Source: an uncultured Gemmatimonadaceae bacterium (GTDB lineage: Bacteria > Gemmatimonadota > Gemmatimonadetes > Gemmatimonadales > Gemmatimonadaceae). Taken from it: a stretch of DNA of 64,000 bases. The stretch covers positions 1,600,001 to 1,664,000 of the forward strand of contig CAVUDW010000002.1 in NCBI GenBank assembly GCA_963740355.1, written 5' to 3'. The notes beneath the pieces were generated by a model, which was not told where the DNA came from, did no database searches, and was given only the letters and a program-made list of their open reading frames with translations. A program made the position numbers and the translations under genes. The first letter of the stretch is position 1, and each line of letters opens with the position of its first letter. This document shows positions 1 through 9,183 of this stretch, piece after piece.

Positions 1-177
1 ACGATGCATTGCGATTGCGGTTCAGAAGCGTGTGCGCGCTTCGCAATCTACTTGCCTCAGCGGGCGTGCCGCATCAAGTCCCTGAGCGCGACGCACCACA
101 CGATCGATGCTCCCTTGGGCGAGCCCGCGTGGCGTACGCGATCTCGATTTATGGCCTGTGTGTAACGAGTGACAGGC

Positions 178-894
178 TCACACTGCCGACAATCGATCCA
201 GCCACTCGCCCAGCAGCACCAGTTCCCCCGGCGACAGCACCGCCGGTGCGCTCGAGAGCACGGCGCGCAATGCAACCGCGCGCGCGGCGACACGACTCGA
301 TCCCGCTGCTTCGCCGCCTCGCTTCTTTTGGTCAGGAGTGACGGTGATCGCCGCAATCACCGCCTCCCGCGTGTCGTGCGACAGCCGCGCATCGCGCTCG
401 ACCACTGGCGTGGAAATGAGCGACAACGCCACCCCTCGACCGGCGGCAGAGATCATGTGCACGGCGTGCGGGATGGCCACCGCCAGGCGCCCCGATTCCG
501 CGACACGCGTCAGGAGATCGCGCAGGATCGACTCCCCCTCGCGCAGCGCGGGCGAGTTCGCCAGCTCGGCCGGGTTGCTGTAGATGAGTTGGTATGCCGA
601 TGGATTGCCGATCCCGAAGCCGATGTGGTGATCCCACCCGCGACGCAGGTCTTCGAGCGGATCGTCACTGCGCTCCAGCACGCGTTTCTGCTGCACGTAA
701 TCGGCGAGGATCTCGGCCGCGACCGCTTGTAGCAGCCCCTGCATGTCCCCGAATTGCCGGTAGATCGTGGGCGCCTGCACCCTAGCAGCGGCGCTGACAG
801 CCCGCGTCGAAACGGCCTCTCGCCCGCCGGTGGTCAGCAGCTCGGTTGCCGCACGGATGATGCGGGCTCGGACGTCCAGCGAGTCGTCGGTCAT
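178..894 (-). CDS. TetR/AcrR family transcriptional regulator
   Basis: N-terminal HTH 'IIRAATELL..GREAVSTRAVSAAARVQAPTIYRQFGDMQGL'; divergent from the aldo/keto reductase gene. Confidence 0.92.
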   Translation of the reverse strand: MTDDSLDVRARIIRAATELLTTGGREAVSTRAVSAAARVQAPTIYRQFGDMQGLLQAVAAEILADYVQQKRVLERSDDPLEDLRRGWDHHIGFGIGNPSAYQLIYSNPAELANSPALREGESILRDLLTRVAESGRLAVAIPHAVHMISAAGRGVALSLISTPVVERDARLSHDTREAVIAAITVTPDQKKRGGEAAGSSRVAARAVALRAVLSSAPAVLSPGELVLLGEWLDRLSAV

Positions 895-969
895 GTAATC
901 GAAGGTAACACGGAACTGTTATCGCCCTTGCGTTAGCGATGATAGCATAATAGTGTATTCGGCGATAAC
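895..969. promoter_or_regulatory. Divergent promoter region with repeated 15-bp semi-palindromes (consensus GTTATCGNNGATAAC), candidate TetR operators
   Basis: GTAATCGAAGGTAAC 895-909, GTTAGCGATGATAGC 932-946, GTATTCGGCGATAAC 955-969, half site GTTATCG 918-924; region is AT-rich relative to its flanks. Confidence 0.65.
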
Positions 970-1017
970 ATAGCCGGGCGCCGACTTCCGGCGGATCGGG
1001 ACTCACGAGGAGATGTC

Positions 1018-1926
1018 ATGACGGATCAGAAGAACATCCCGGCGCTTGGCGGCCAATTCGCCCTGCCGAATTCATCGGTCACTGTGCACCGGGTCGGCTA
1101 TGGCGCCATGCAGCTTGCCGGCCCTGGCGTCTACGGACCGCCACGCGACCCCGAGGCGGCGGTGGCCGTGCTGCGCGAAGTCATCGCCTCCGGCGTCGAT
1201 CATATCGACACCAGCGACTTCTACGGCCCGCACGTCACGAATCAGACCATCAAGCGTGCGCTCCATCCGTATCCCGACACACTGACGATCGTGACCAAGG
1301 TCGGTGCTCGTCGCGGTACCGACAAGTCGTGGATCCGTGCCGATGCGCGGCAGGAGCTGATCGACGCGGTTCACGACAACCTCCGCAATCTTGGCGTCGA
1401 TGTCCTCGATGTCGTGAACTACCGCGCCATGGGCGGCGTCGATGGGCACGGATTCTCGAGCGAATCACTCGAGGCCCAGGTCACGACGCTCGCAGAGCTG
1501 AAGCAGCAGGGGCTGATCCGGCACGTCGGCCTGAGCAACGTCTCGTTGCAGCAGGTCACCCTGGCGCAGGCGATCACTGACATCGTGTGCGTGCAGAACA
1601 TGTACAACGTGGCGCAACGCAACGACGATGCACTGATCGACGCGCTGGCGGCGCAGGGCATTGCGTATGTCCCGTTCTTCCCGCTCGGCGGGTTCACGCC
1701 GCTGCAGTCGTCAGTGCTGGATGACGTGGCAGCGACGGTCGAGGCCACGGCGATGCAGGTCGCGCTGGCCTGGCTGCTGCAGCGATCACCGAACATGTTG
1801 CTGATTCCCGGCACCTCTTCGATCACGCATCTGCGCGAGAATCTTGCCGCAGCGACGCTGCAGCTGCCGGCGGATTGTATCGCTCGACTGGACGCGATCG
1901 GGAGTGCAGACGCGGTAGCGCACTGA
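1018..1926 (+). CDS. Aldo/keto reductase family oxidoreductase
   Basis: GYGAMQL, IDTSDFYG, TKVG, GLSNV, QNMYN, LIPGTSS..HLREN motifs; GAGGAG RBS upstream. Confidence 0.95.
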   Translation: MTDQKNIPALGGQFALPNSSVTVHRVGYGAMQLAGPGVYGPPRDPEAAVAVLREVIASGVDHIDTSDFYGPHVTNQTIKRALHPYPDTLTIVTKVGARRGTDKSWIRADARQELIDAVHDNLRNLGVDVLDVVNYRAMGGVDGHGFSSESLEAQVTTLAELKQQGLIRHVGLSNVSLQQVTLAQAITDIVCVQNMYNVAQRNDDALIDALAAQGIAYVPFFPLGGFTPLQSSVLDDVAATVEATAMQVALAWLLQRSPNMLLIPGTSSITHLRENLAAATLQLPADCIARLDAIGSADAVAH

Positions 1927-1948
1927 CGGGACCGCAGTACATTCGCGC

Positions 1949-2653
1949 ATGCCCGTCTTCCCGATCGCCGCGCTCTGCGGCCTTCTTGGCGCCCTTGCCG
2001 CGCACGTCACCTACGTCCAGTCGAATCTCTTCCTTCTGGGCGACGTCACGCGACGTGGGCGCCATGTGCTCTGGGACCCAGCGTTTTTCGACGGTGTTGG
2101 GCTCCTCTGGGGAATCGTGGTGGGAATCGTGGTCGCACGATTCTTCGCCGCGAGCCCGGGGAAGGCGCTGGTGGTCGGGCTTGCGGTGACGGTGATCGGC
2201 GTCGGCCTCGTTGGTGGCGCCACGACCATCAGTCGATATTCGGCTCAGCCCCGCGCGCCGCTGATCGCTGGTCGCAAGGTGGAACTCGAGTTCGAGTTGC
2301 GACTGCCTTCGACGCGAACCGACGGCGCCGTACAACCATCACACGGCGTGATCCGCTCAGATCTTCGCGACGAGACCGATGCCGTCCTGGAGCGCGGTGC
2401 GATGCGCATGGTCGAAGGCCGGACGGTCATCCCAGGTCACGTCGCACTTCGGCGTGCAGAAAGTCCGCGCCTGCTGACGTTCGAAGATCCCGGTGATGTC
2501 TGGATAAATTTCATGCTGCCGCTGGCCGAGTCACCGACCAGCGCGGACGAAGCGTGGAGCGACTGGATGCAGGCCGCCAACGCAGACCCGGCGCTGCCGG
2601 TCACGGAGACATTCGAGATCCGCTATCGCGTGCGGTTCGGCCTCGCACGCTGA
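1949..2653 (+). CDS. Hypothetical membrane protein (about 3 N-terminal TM helices plus a soluble C-terminal domain)
   Basis: Hydrophobic N-terminal segments; starts 22 nt after the AKR stop; codon usage looks coding. Confidence 0.6.
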   Translation: MPVFPIAALCGLLGALAAHVTYVQSNLFLLGDVTRRGRHVLWDPAFFDGVGLLWGIVVGIVVARFFAASPGKALVVGLAVTVIGVGLVGGATTISRYSAQPRAPLIAGRKVELEFELRLPSTRTDGAVQPSHGVIRSDLRDETDAVLERGAMRMVEGRTVIPGHVALRRAESPRLLTFEDPGDVWINFMLPLAESPTSADEAWSDWMQAANADPALPVTETFEIRYRVRFGLAR

Positions 2654-2685
2654 CGTCAGTCGAACGAGACGCAGGGAGCGACCGC

Positions 2686-3426
2686 TCACCGAACGCCAGC
2701 TTTGCTCGATGACTCAGGCCGTTGCCGAGCCGAAAGCGAATCCAGCATCACCTTGAGCCCTGCCGACCAGCCGTCGTAGCCCGCCGACGTCATGTGCAGG
2801 CCATCCTCGACGAACAACTCCGGCCTCGGCTTTCCATCCGCGCCGAGCATCGGAGTCGCGAGGTCCACGTAGTGCTGATGTGCATGTGCCTTGGTGTGCG
2901 TCAGGACTCGGGTATTCAACTCGCTCATGCGCGGCCACAACGCCCATCGCTGCAGGCTTGGCTTGATCGGAATGAAGATGATGTCGATGGTCGAATCCGA
3001 CGCGTGCACCGAGCGCACGAACGTTTCGTAGTCCGCGAGGACCTGGTCGTTGGTCTTGCCGGCATTGATGTCGTTGTCGCCGGCGTAAAGCACCACGATT
3101 CGCGGTTGATAGCGGAGGACTGTCTCCTTCACGTAGCGATTGACGTCCGCGAGTTGTGAACCACCAAAGCCGCGATTGATGATCGGCATCCCCGGAAATC
3201 GCTCGGCCGTGTTCCAGAATCGGATGCTCGAGCTACCGGCGAACACGATCGGATCGCGCGGGGTCGCGTTTTTTGCGTCCCACGCGGCGAACGCCTCGAT
3301 CTCGGCGGCGAAACCGGGTGCGGTGGGCGCGGCTGTGCTGGGCGTGGCAGGCGGCGCCTTCGAGGTGCACGCGGGCAATACGGCGACGAGCGCCAGGCAA
3401 TAGCGTACTGCTGGAGCGAATCGCAT
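2686..3426 (-). CDS. SGNH/GDSL family hydrolase, probable lipoprotein
   Basis: GSSSI, NRGFGGS, YAGDND and DGLH blocks; start placed at MRFAPAVRYCLALVAVLPAC (lipobox-like). Confidence 0.9.
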   Translation of the reverse strand: MRFAPAVRYCLALVAVLPACTSKAPPATPSTAAPTAPGFAAEIEAFAAWDAKNATPRDPIVFAGSSSIRFWNTAERFPGMPIINRGFGGSQLADVNRYVKETVLRYQPRIVVLYAGDNDINAGKTNDQVLADYETFVRSVHASDSTIDIIFIPIKPSLQRWALWPRMSELNTRVLTHTKAHAHQHYVDLATPMLGADGKPRPELFVEDGLHMTSAGYDGWSAGLKVMLDSLSARQRPESSSKAGVR

Positions 3427-3786
3427 CCGGGGTTCTCGAAATTCAGGGGGTCGACATGCCCGCGCGAGGGATCGGGCTGCTGGATGCAGTCTAATGACTG
3501 CGCTGGTCTGCTCAGGGGCGGCAGTCGACCGTGGAAAACAGGAGGACCGTACTTGCTCTGGCGCGACAGGGGCGATGCCATCGAACTCACCGGTGCGTTT
3601 CAAGACACAAGCGCGACGCCGCCGTGACAGTTTCGTTGGTCGTCCGTGAGGGAGCGAGGTGAGCATGGGTGGTCTCGCCAGATCTGTCCGGCCGGGGCGC
3701 CCCGATCGACACGCGGGTCACGTCGTGCGACGAGGGCTCGGGTCGGATTCCGCCTCTCACGTTTCAGCGACCGAAGGACTCCCCTG

Positions 3787-5247
3787 ATGAATCGCGCAAC
3801 ATTCCGTCTCGCCGGCTTCGGCTCGGCCGGCCTCCTCACTGTCGCTCTCGCGGGCTGCGGCTACTTCGACAAGAACTTTCCGGGCGGCTCGGGTGCCGAT
3901 ATCGAGCTCCGCAACCAGTCCACCACGCCATCGCTCATCAAGAGCCTCGTCAGTGGCGTGGAAATCTACAGCGTGATCAGCAGCGACGATGTGCTGCCCG
4001 CCTCGCCGGGCTTCGTCTTCGGCGGCTCTGCAGATGGCTCGGGGCTGCTGCGGAATTCCGACGGCACGTTCACGCTGCTGACGAATCACGAAGACAACTT
4101 CGCCGTCTCTCGCCTCCAGTTCGACAAGGACTTCAAGCCGATCCGCGGCGACTACGTCGTGAATTCGACCGCCGGCAAGTACCGACTGTGTTCGGCGACG
4201 ATGGCCACGCCCGCGATCCACGGGTTCGGACCAACCTTCATTACCGCCGGTGAGAGCAACGAGGAGTCGCAGGTGCTGGCCGTGGATCCGTTCGGCCTCG
4301 CCAACACGCCGAAGTACCTGACGGGTTTCGGTCGCTGGAACACCGAGAACGCCGTGCCGCTGCCGAAGTCTGCCTACCCGGGAAAGACCGTCGTCGTGTT
4401 GGGTGATGACGATTCCGGCGCAGAAGGCGGCCAGGTGGCGATGTACCTCTCTGCCACCGTCGGTGATCTCGACAACGGCAGCCTGTACGCGCTGGCACGT
4501 ACAGACGACGTGACGCGCGAAAAGGACATGGTCGTCGGACAGTCATATCCGGTGGCATTCCGTGCCATCGAGAACCACAAGGCGCTCACCGGTCGCCAGA
4601 TCAACCAGGCGACGACAGCGCTGAAGGCGATCGCATTCGGCCGCGTGGAAGACCTCGACTACCGCAAGAGTGGCGCTGGTCGCGAGATCTACTTCACGGT
4701 TACGGGCCAGAACAACACCGGTGTGAATGCTGCCTCCGATCGCACCAAGTATGGCCGGGTGTATCGCCTCAAGCTCGACGCCAACGATCCGAAGAAGGGG
4801 ACCCTCGAAGTCATCCTCGATGGCGACGACCGCAGCGGGCCCGCCGGCCTGTTCCAGAATCCCGACAACATCTTCGTCGGCGAGAACTACGTCTACGTGC
4901 AGGAAGACGACAACGGCTATGGTGATGAAGCGCACGACGCCTACATCTACCAGTACAACATCGCCACCAAGGCACTGAAGCCGGTGTTGCAGCTCGACCA
5001 CCGCCGCACGCAGCCTGACGCCGCGATCTACAACGCGGTCGGCGCACGTCCGGAAGGCAAGGCGGGTTGGGAGTACGGTGCCCTGATCGATGTCTCGTCC
5101 GATCTCGGCAACCGCAACACCTTCATGCTGTCGATCCAGCCGCACTCGTGGCGCGCGGCGAAGTACGCCGGCGTTGATGGCGGCACGGTTCGCCCGACCG
5201 AAAACCAGGCCAGCATGCTGGTGCTCGTGAAGGGACTGCCGCGCTAA
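3787..5247 (+). CDS. PhoX-like (DUF839-type) beta-propeller alkaline phosphatase family lipoprotein
   Basis: LTNHE, RLCSA, GE, GRWNTENAV, RVED, QNPDNI, VQED, WEYG and IQPH motifs resemble PhoX; lipobox LAGC. Confidence 0.7.
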   Translation: MNRATFRLAGFGSAGLLTVALAGCGYFDKNFPGGSGADIELRNQSTTPSLIKSLVSGVEIYSVISSDDVLPASPGFVFGGSADGSGLLRNSDGTFTLLTNHEDNFAVSRLQFDKDFKPIRGDYVVNSTAGKYRLCSATMATPAIHGFGPTFITAGESNEESQVLAVDPFGLANTPKYLTGFGRWNTENAVPLPKSAYPGKTVVVLGDDDSGAEGGQVAMYLSATVGDLDNGSLYALARTDDVTREKDMVVGQSYPVAFRAIENHKALTGRQINQATTALKAIAFGRVEDLDYRKSGAGREIYFTVTGQNNTGVNAASDRTKYGRVYRLKLDANDPKKGTLEVILDGDDRSGPAGLFQNPDNIFVGENYVYVQEDDNGYGDEAHDAYIYQYNIATKALKPVLQLDHRRTQPDAAIYNAVGARPEGKAGWEYGALIDVSSDLGNRNTFMLSIQPHSWRAAKYAGVDGGTVRPTENQASMLVLVKGLPR

Positions 5248-7223
5248 TGCAGCGAGTCGGATTGCGGTGGGTCGTGGCGTTGTCGCCACGGCCCACCGTG
5301 TCGCAGCGTATGCTGCTTGGCGTCATTGGTGCTTTACTGACGGCGTGCAGTGGACCCGCCGCAATTTCGCGCGCGCCGTCGGCTGTGCCGACGAGCACGC
5401 GTGCCGACGCGGTACGCGATGACTGGGCGTCTGGCATTGCGCGCTTGCAGGCGCAGGTGGGGCGCCTGGAGCAACTGGTGGCCCAATTACCGGCGAAGCC
5501 AGACAGCGCATCGGCGAATTCTGTTCAGCAGGCGTTCATTGCCGCTCGGCTGGCGTTCAAGAACATCGAATTTCTGGCGGCGTACTACGAGCCCTCCACG
5601 ACTCGTGCGATGAACGGCCCAGCGCTGCCGCGCGTGGATGACGAGGAGGGACCAGAAGCCGTGATCGCTCCTGAGGGCTTCCAGGTCATTGAAGAATTGC
5701 TCTTTCCAGCAATCGATCCCACCGCGCGAAAGCAGCTGGTGGACGAAACACGCAACCTGTCTGCATATATCACGCGCCTGCACACCACCGCATCGCGCCA
5801 GCAGATCACGGACGACAGGCTCTGGGACGCCGCCAATCTCGAGGTGGCGCGCGTCGTGTCATTGGGGGTGACCGGCTTCGACTCGCCGGTCGCCCTGCGC
5901 TCCCTGCCCGAAGCGTCTGCTGCTTTGGCGGGTATGCGCAGCGCCTTTTCGCACTTTCGAGATACGTTGGGCACTGTGCAGTGGGGCGCCCTGGACCATG
6001 CTTTCGCGCGCGCGATTTCCACCCTTGATTCCGCGCGGTCGTTTGAGACGTTCGATCGGCTCGCATTCATCACCGGCGCAGCCAACCCGCTGTCAGCCGA
6101 ACTGGCCAGGACTCGCCGGTCACTCGGGATCGGTGCGCCCGCGGAACGTCGCGCGTATCGTGTCGCGGCCGTCAGCGTGTTCGACAGCGGAGCGTTCGAT
6201 GCCACTGCATTCGCGGCGCCACACACGGAGCCGGCGACACCGGCACAAGTGGCCCTTGGCAGACGGTTATTCTTCGAGCCGAAGCTGTCAGGGAGTGGGG
6301 AGTTGGCGTGCGCCAGTTGCCACGATCCGGAGCGCGCCTTCACCGACGGACGCGTGCGATCGCTGTCTCGTTCCGGGCGGATGGCCCTTCGCAACTCGCC
6401 GACAATGATCAATGCCGGGCTGCAGGTCGGCTCGTTCTCCGATCTACGCACGACGTATCTCGAGGACCAGGTGACGGACGTCGTCGGGAATGCGGAGGAG
6501 ATGCACGGCAGTGTCGAAGCCGCGGCGGCGACGCTTTCGTCCGATAGCGCGTACGTCAGCGCCTTCAAGCAGGCCTTCAACACGACGGGCAAACCGTCCA
6601 TCAGCGGAACCTCTGTTCGCTCAGCCGTTGCCGCCTACGTGCGATCTCTGGTGGCGCTCAACTCCCGGGTGGACCGGGCCTTTCGCGGCGACACGGCAGC
6701 CATCACTGCCGAGGAGCGCCGCGGGCTGAACCTCTTCATGGGCAAGGCGAAATGCGCGACATGTCATTTCGCCCCGTTGTTTAACGGCACCGTGCCGCCG
6801 ATGTACCAGGAAACCGAGGTGGAAGTGCTCGGTGTGCCGTCGCAGGCCGTCATTAGCGGCGCCTCGGTCGACCCCGATTCCGGGCGGTTCCGCGTGACAC
6901 GCAGCGCGCCCCATCTTCATGCCTTCAAGACGCCAAGCGTTCGGAACGTGGCGCTGACAGCGCCCTACATGCATAACGGTGTCTATCGCACGCTGGAACA
7001 GGTGGTGGATTTCTACAATCGTGGTGGCGGGGCAGGGATCGGCATCTCGTTGCCCAATCAGACGCTGCCTGCGGATCCGCTCCGACTGAGCGCCGGCGAG
7101 CAGCGGGCACTGGTGAGGTTCATGGAGGCCTTGAGCGACACGACTGCGATCACGGAATCAGCCGAGGCACGGGCTTACAAGGCAGGGCTCCGACTGCGTG
7201 TCGCGACGGCGCGCGCACGCTGA
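5247..7223 (+). CDS. Diheme cytochrome c peroxidase/MauG-family protein with an N-terminal imelysin-like helical domain
   Basis: Heme motifs CASCH and CATCH, LGRRLFFEPKLS, RNSPT, FKTPSVRNVALTAPYMHNG; N-terminal EGFQVIEELLF resembles the imelysin GFHxxE motif; TAATG overlap with the upstream gene. Confidence 0.88.
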   Translation: MQRVGLRWVVALSPRPTVSQRMLLGVIGALLTACSGPAAISRAPSAVPTSTRADAVRDDWASGIARLQAQVGRLEQLVAQLPAKPDSASANSVQQAFIAARLAFKNIEFLAAYYEPSTTRAMNGPALPRVDDEEGPEAVIAPEGFQVIEELLFPAIDPTARKQLVDETRNLSAYITRLHTTASRQQITDDRLWDAANLEVARVVSLGVTGFDSPVALRSLPEASAALAGMRSAFSHFRDTLGTVQWGALDHAFARAISTLDSARSFETFDRLAFITGAANPLSAELARTRRSLGIGAPAERRAYRVAAVSVFDSGAFDATAFAAPHTEPATPAQVALGRRLFFEPKLSGSGELACASCHDPERAFTDGRVRSLSRSGRMALRNSPTMINAGLQVGSFSDLRTTYLEDQVTDVVGNAEEMHGSVEAAAATLSSDSAYVSAFKQAFNTTGKPSISGTSVRSAVAAYVRSLVALNSRVDRAFRGDTAAITAEERRGLNLFMGKAKCATCHFAPLFNGTVPPMYQETEVEVLGVPSQAVISGASVDPDSGRFRVTRSAPHLHAFKTPSVRNVALTAPYMHNGVYRTLEQVVDFYNRGGGAGIGISLPNQTLPADPLRLSAGEQRALVRFMEALSDTTAITESAEARAYKAGLRLRVATARAR

Positions 7224-7256
7224 CTCGTAGTGGATGGCTGTTCGGTGGAGCGCTGA

Positions 7257-8735
7257 TCAGTGAATGGCGACGAGGCCGAGGGAGTCGGCTGCAATGCCGA
7301 GCACGGGATCCATGTCGTAGCCGAAGAGCCGTGGATTGGCACCGATCACCGCGGCCGAAAGCACGCGAAACACGTAGTCATACGTCTCGTTGGGGATTTC
7401 CTTCCGGTGTTTCGACAAGAGTTTCCAGAAGTTGCGATCGGATGGCGACTCGGGCATGGCGCGAATGAGTTTCAGCAATCGCGTCTCGCCCATGTTGTAG
7501 GACGCCATCACCAACAAGCCTGACGCCTGGGCGTCGGTGGTGTACAGGTCCTCGAGGTAGCGCGCCGCGGCGTTGGATGCCTTTGCGACGTTGTGGCGCT
7601 CGTCGGCAGGGTCGTAGGTCCGTTCGCCTTGCAGGGGGCCCAGCTTCAACCCGTACATCTCGGCCGTCGGCGGGATGAACTGCCACAATCCCTTGGGCAC
7701 GCCAAAACGCGTCTGTGGCCCAATCGCCCTCGGATTCAGTCGGCTCTCCTGCATGGCGAGGTAGAAGAACTCACGCGGCAGGTTGTGCTTCAGCATGATG
7801 TCGCCGATGAGCGGCCCCATGTCCCTGGCCGATGCGCGCGTCAGGAATGGGCGGATGTCCTCCGTCTTCCACCGCGCGATGTACTTGCGCACCTCGTCCA
7901 CGAAGTCGCGGGGGACCGTCGCCTCCGACTCGCCCAGTCGATGCACCGTGCGATAGATCAACTGCACGTCGGCAGGGGTGCGGCTGTTGTAGATGCCGAG
8001 CGTCTTCAGCAGATCCTCGTACTGTCGCTCGAGCCGAGCGCGGCGTTCCTGGATCGACTTGTCCGGTCCTGACTTCGCTTCGAGGCGGCGCAGGTCCAGA
8101 TCGAGCGACTTCATCGTGCTGAACACCGCATCGGCCGACGCCCGGAGTGCCTCGGCACGGCGCGCCTGCCACACTGCGGTCGCTGCTGCACCGGCTGCGA
8201 CGGCGACCAGGATGCCGACGGCCACGCGGTAATGGCGAACGCGCTTGGTCCAGGTGCGTGTCTCGATCGTGCGCCGTTCCTGAACGGCGACACGCATCAT
8301 CTGCGTATGGGCCGACATGTTCTCTGGCGCCTCAGCCGAGAAATACCGGTCCACCTTGCTCGATGGTTCCACCTTGACGGTGGTGTCGCGTGGTGCGCTG
8401 TCTTCGCGCGGCAGCACCTTGACCGTCTTGTCGCGTGCCACGACGTCGGGGACGGTCAGGCGGACTTCGGGGCCGCCGTACCCCAGCTGCAATGTCGTTG
8501 CAGCTCCGACACGTGCGCTGGTGATCGACTTCCCGTCGACGAAGGTCCCGTTGGTGCTGCCCAGATCGACGATCTCCCACTCGTCGCCGAGGCGGCGGAG
8601 TTCGAGGTGCTCGCTGCTCACGACGGCGTCGAGGATCACGATCCCGTTGGACTCAGCGCGACCGAGGCGGACCGTGTCCGAGAAGCGGAGCGGGTGTGCG
8701 GCCCCGGGCACGACTACTTGGATTTCGCGCGACAA
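7257..8735 (-). CDS. FHA domain - TM - coiled coil - lytic transglycosylase (SLT/MltD-like) fusion
   Basis: FHA motifs LGRAESN, VSSEH, DLGSTNGTF; TM VAVGILVAVAAGAAATAVW; SLT motifs QES, GLWQF, ASYNMGE, ETYDYV; TTG start with GGAG 5 nt upstream (alternative ATG at 8759). Confidence 0.85.
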   Translation of the reverse strand: MSREIQVVVPGAAHPLRFSDTVRLGRAESNGIVILDAVVSSEHLELRRLGDEWEIVDLGSTNGTFVDGKSITSARVGAATTLQLGYGGPEVRLTVPDVVARDKTVKVLPREDSAPRDTTVKVEPSSKVDRYFSAEAPENMSAHTQMMRVAVQERRTIETRTWTKRVRHYRVAVGILVAVAAGAAATAVWQARRAEALRASADAVFSTMKSLDLDLRRLEAKSGPDKSIQERRARLERQYEDLLKTLGIYNSRTPADVQLIYRTVHRLGESEATVPRDFVDEVRKYIARWKTEDIRPFLTRASARDMGPLIGDIMLKHNLPREFFYLAMQESRLNPRAIGPQTRFGVPKGLWQFIPPTAEMYGLKLGPLQGERTYDPADERHNVAKASNAAARYLEDLYTTDAQASGLLVMASYNMGETRLLKLIRAMPESPSDRNFWKLLSKHRKEIPNETYDYVFRVLSAAVIGANPRLFGYDMDPVLGIAADSLGLVAIH

Positions 8736-9183
8736 TCTGACTCCGCAGCAGGGGACCATCGCGAACTTGCCACGGTGGGTGGCGAGTGTCGATCCGTCGG
8801 GGCGCGGCGTGGTGCGGCTCCCCGTCTCCAAGAAGTGACCGCAGACGAGCCAAGAGGATGCGGCAGGGGTCGCCTGATGGCAAGCGCCGGTGGAAGGACG
8901 GGCCTGTGGGGAGGGTGGACTCGACTCGGCTGGCGGGCTTCTTGGGGGCGGGAAGTGGCCTGAAAGGAGGCGTGCCGCCACCAATGTCACGACTCGCACG
9001 GCGTCATGTAGCGCACACGTCACAGTCAGCACAACACGTGGCAGGCGTCGGGATCGCGCATTCAATATCAGAGGGTAGGGCACTCTCGAAACCAACCGCG
9101 TCACGATCGGCGGCAACCGCCGATCTGCGTTGGGTGCTGCCCTCTTCGCATTCCCTGATGGATCACTTCGAACACCACCCCAC

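Noticed and set aside
3624..3656. Possible Pho box upstream of the PhoX-like gene (GTGACAG at 3624 with a weak 11-nt period)
   Set aside because: Only one unit matches well, which is expected by chance in GC-rich DNA
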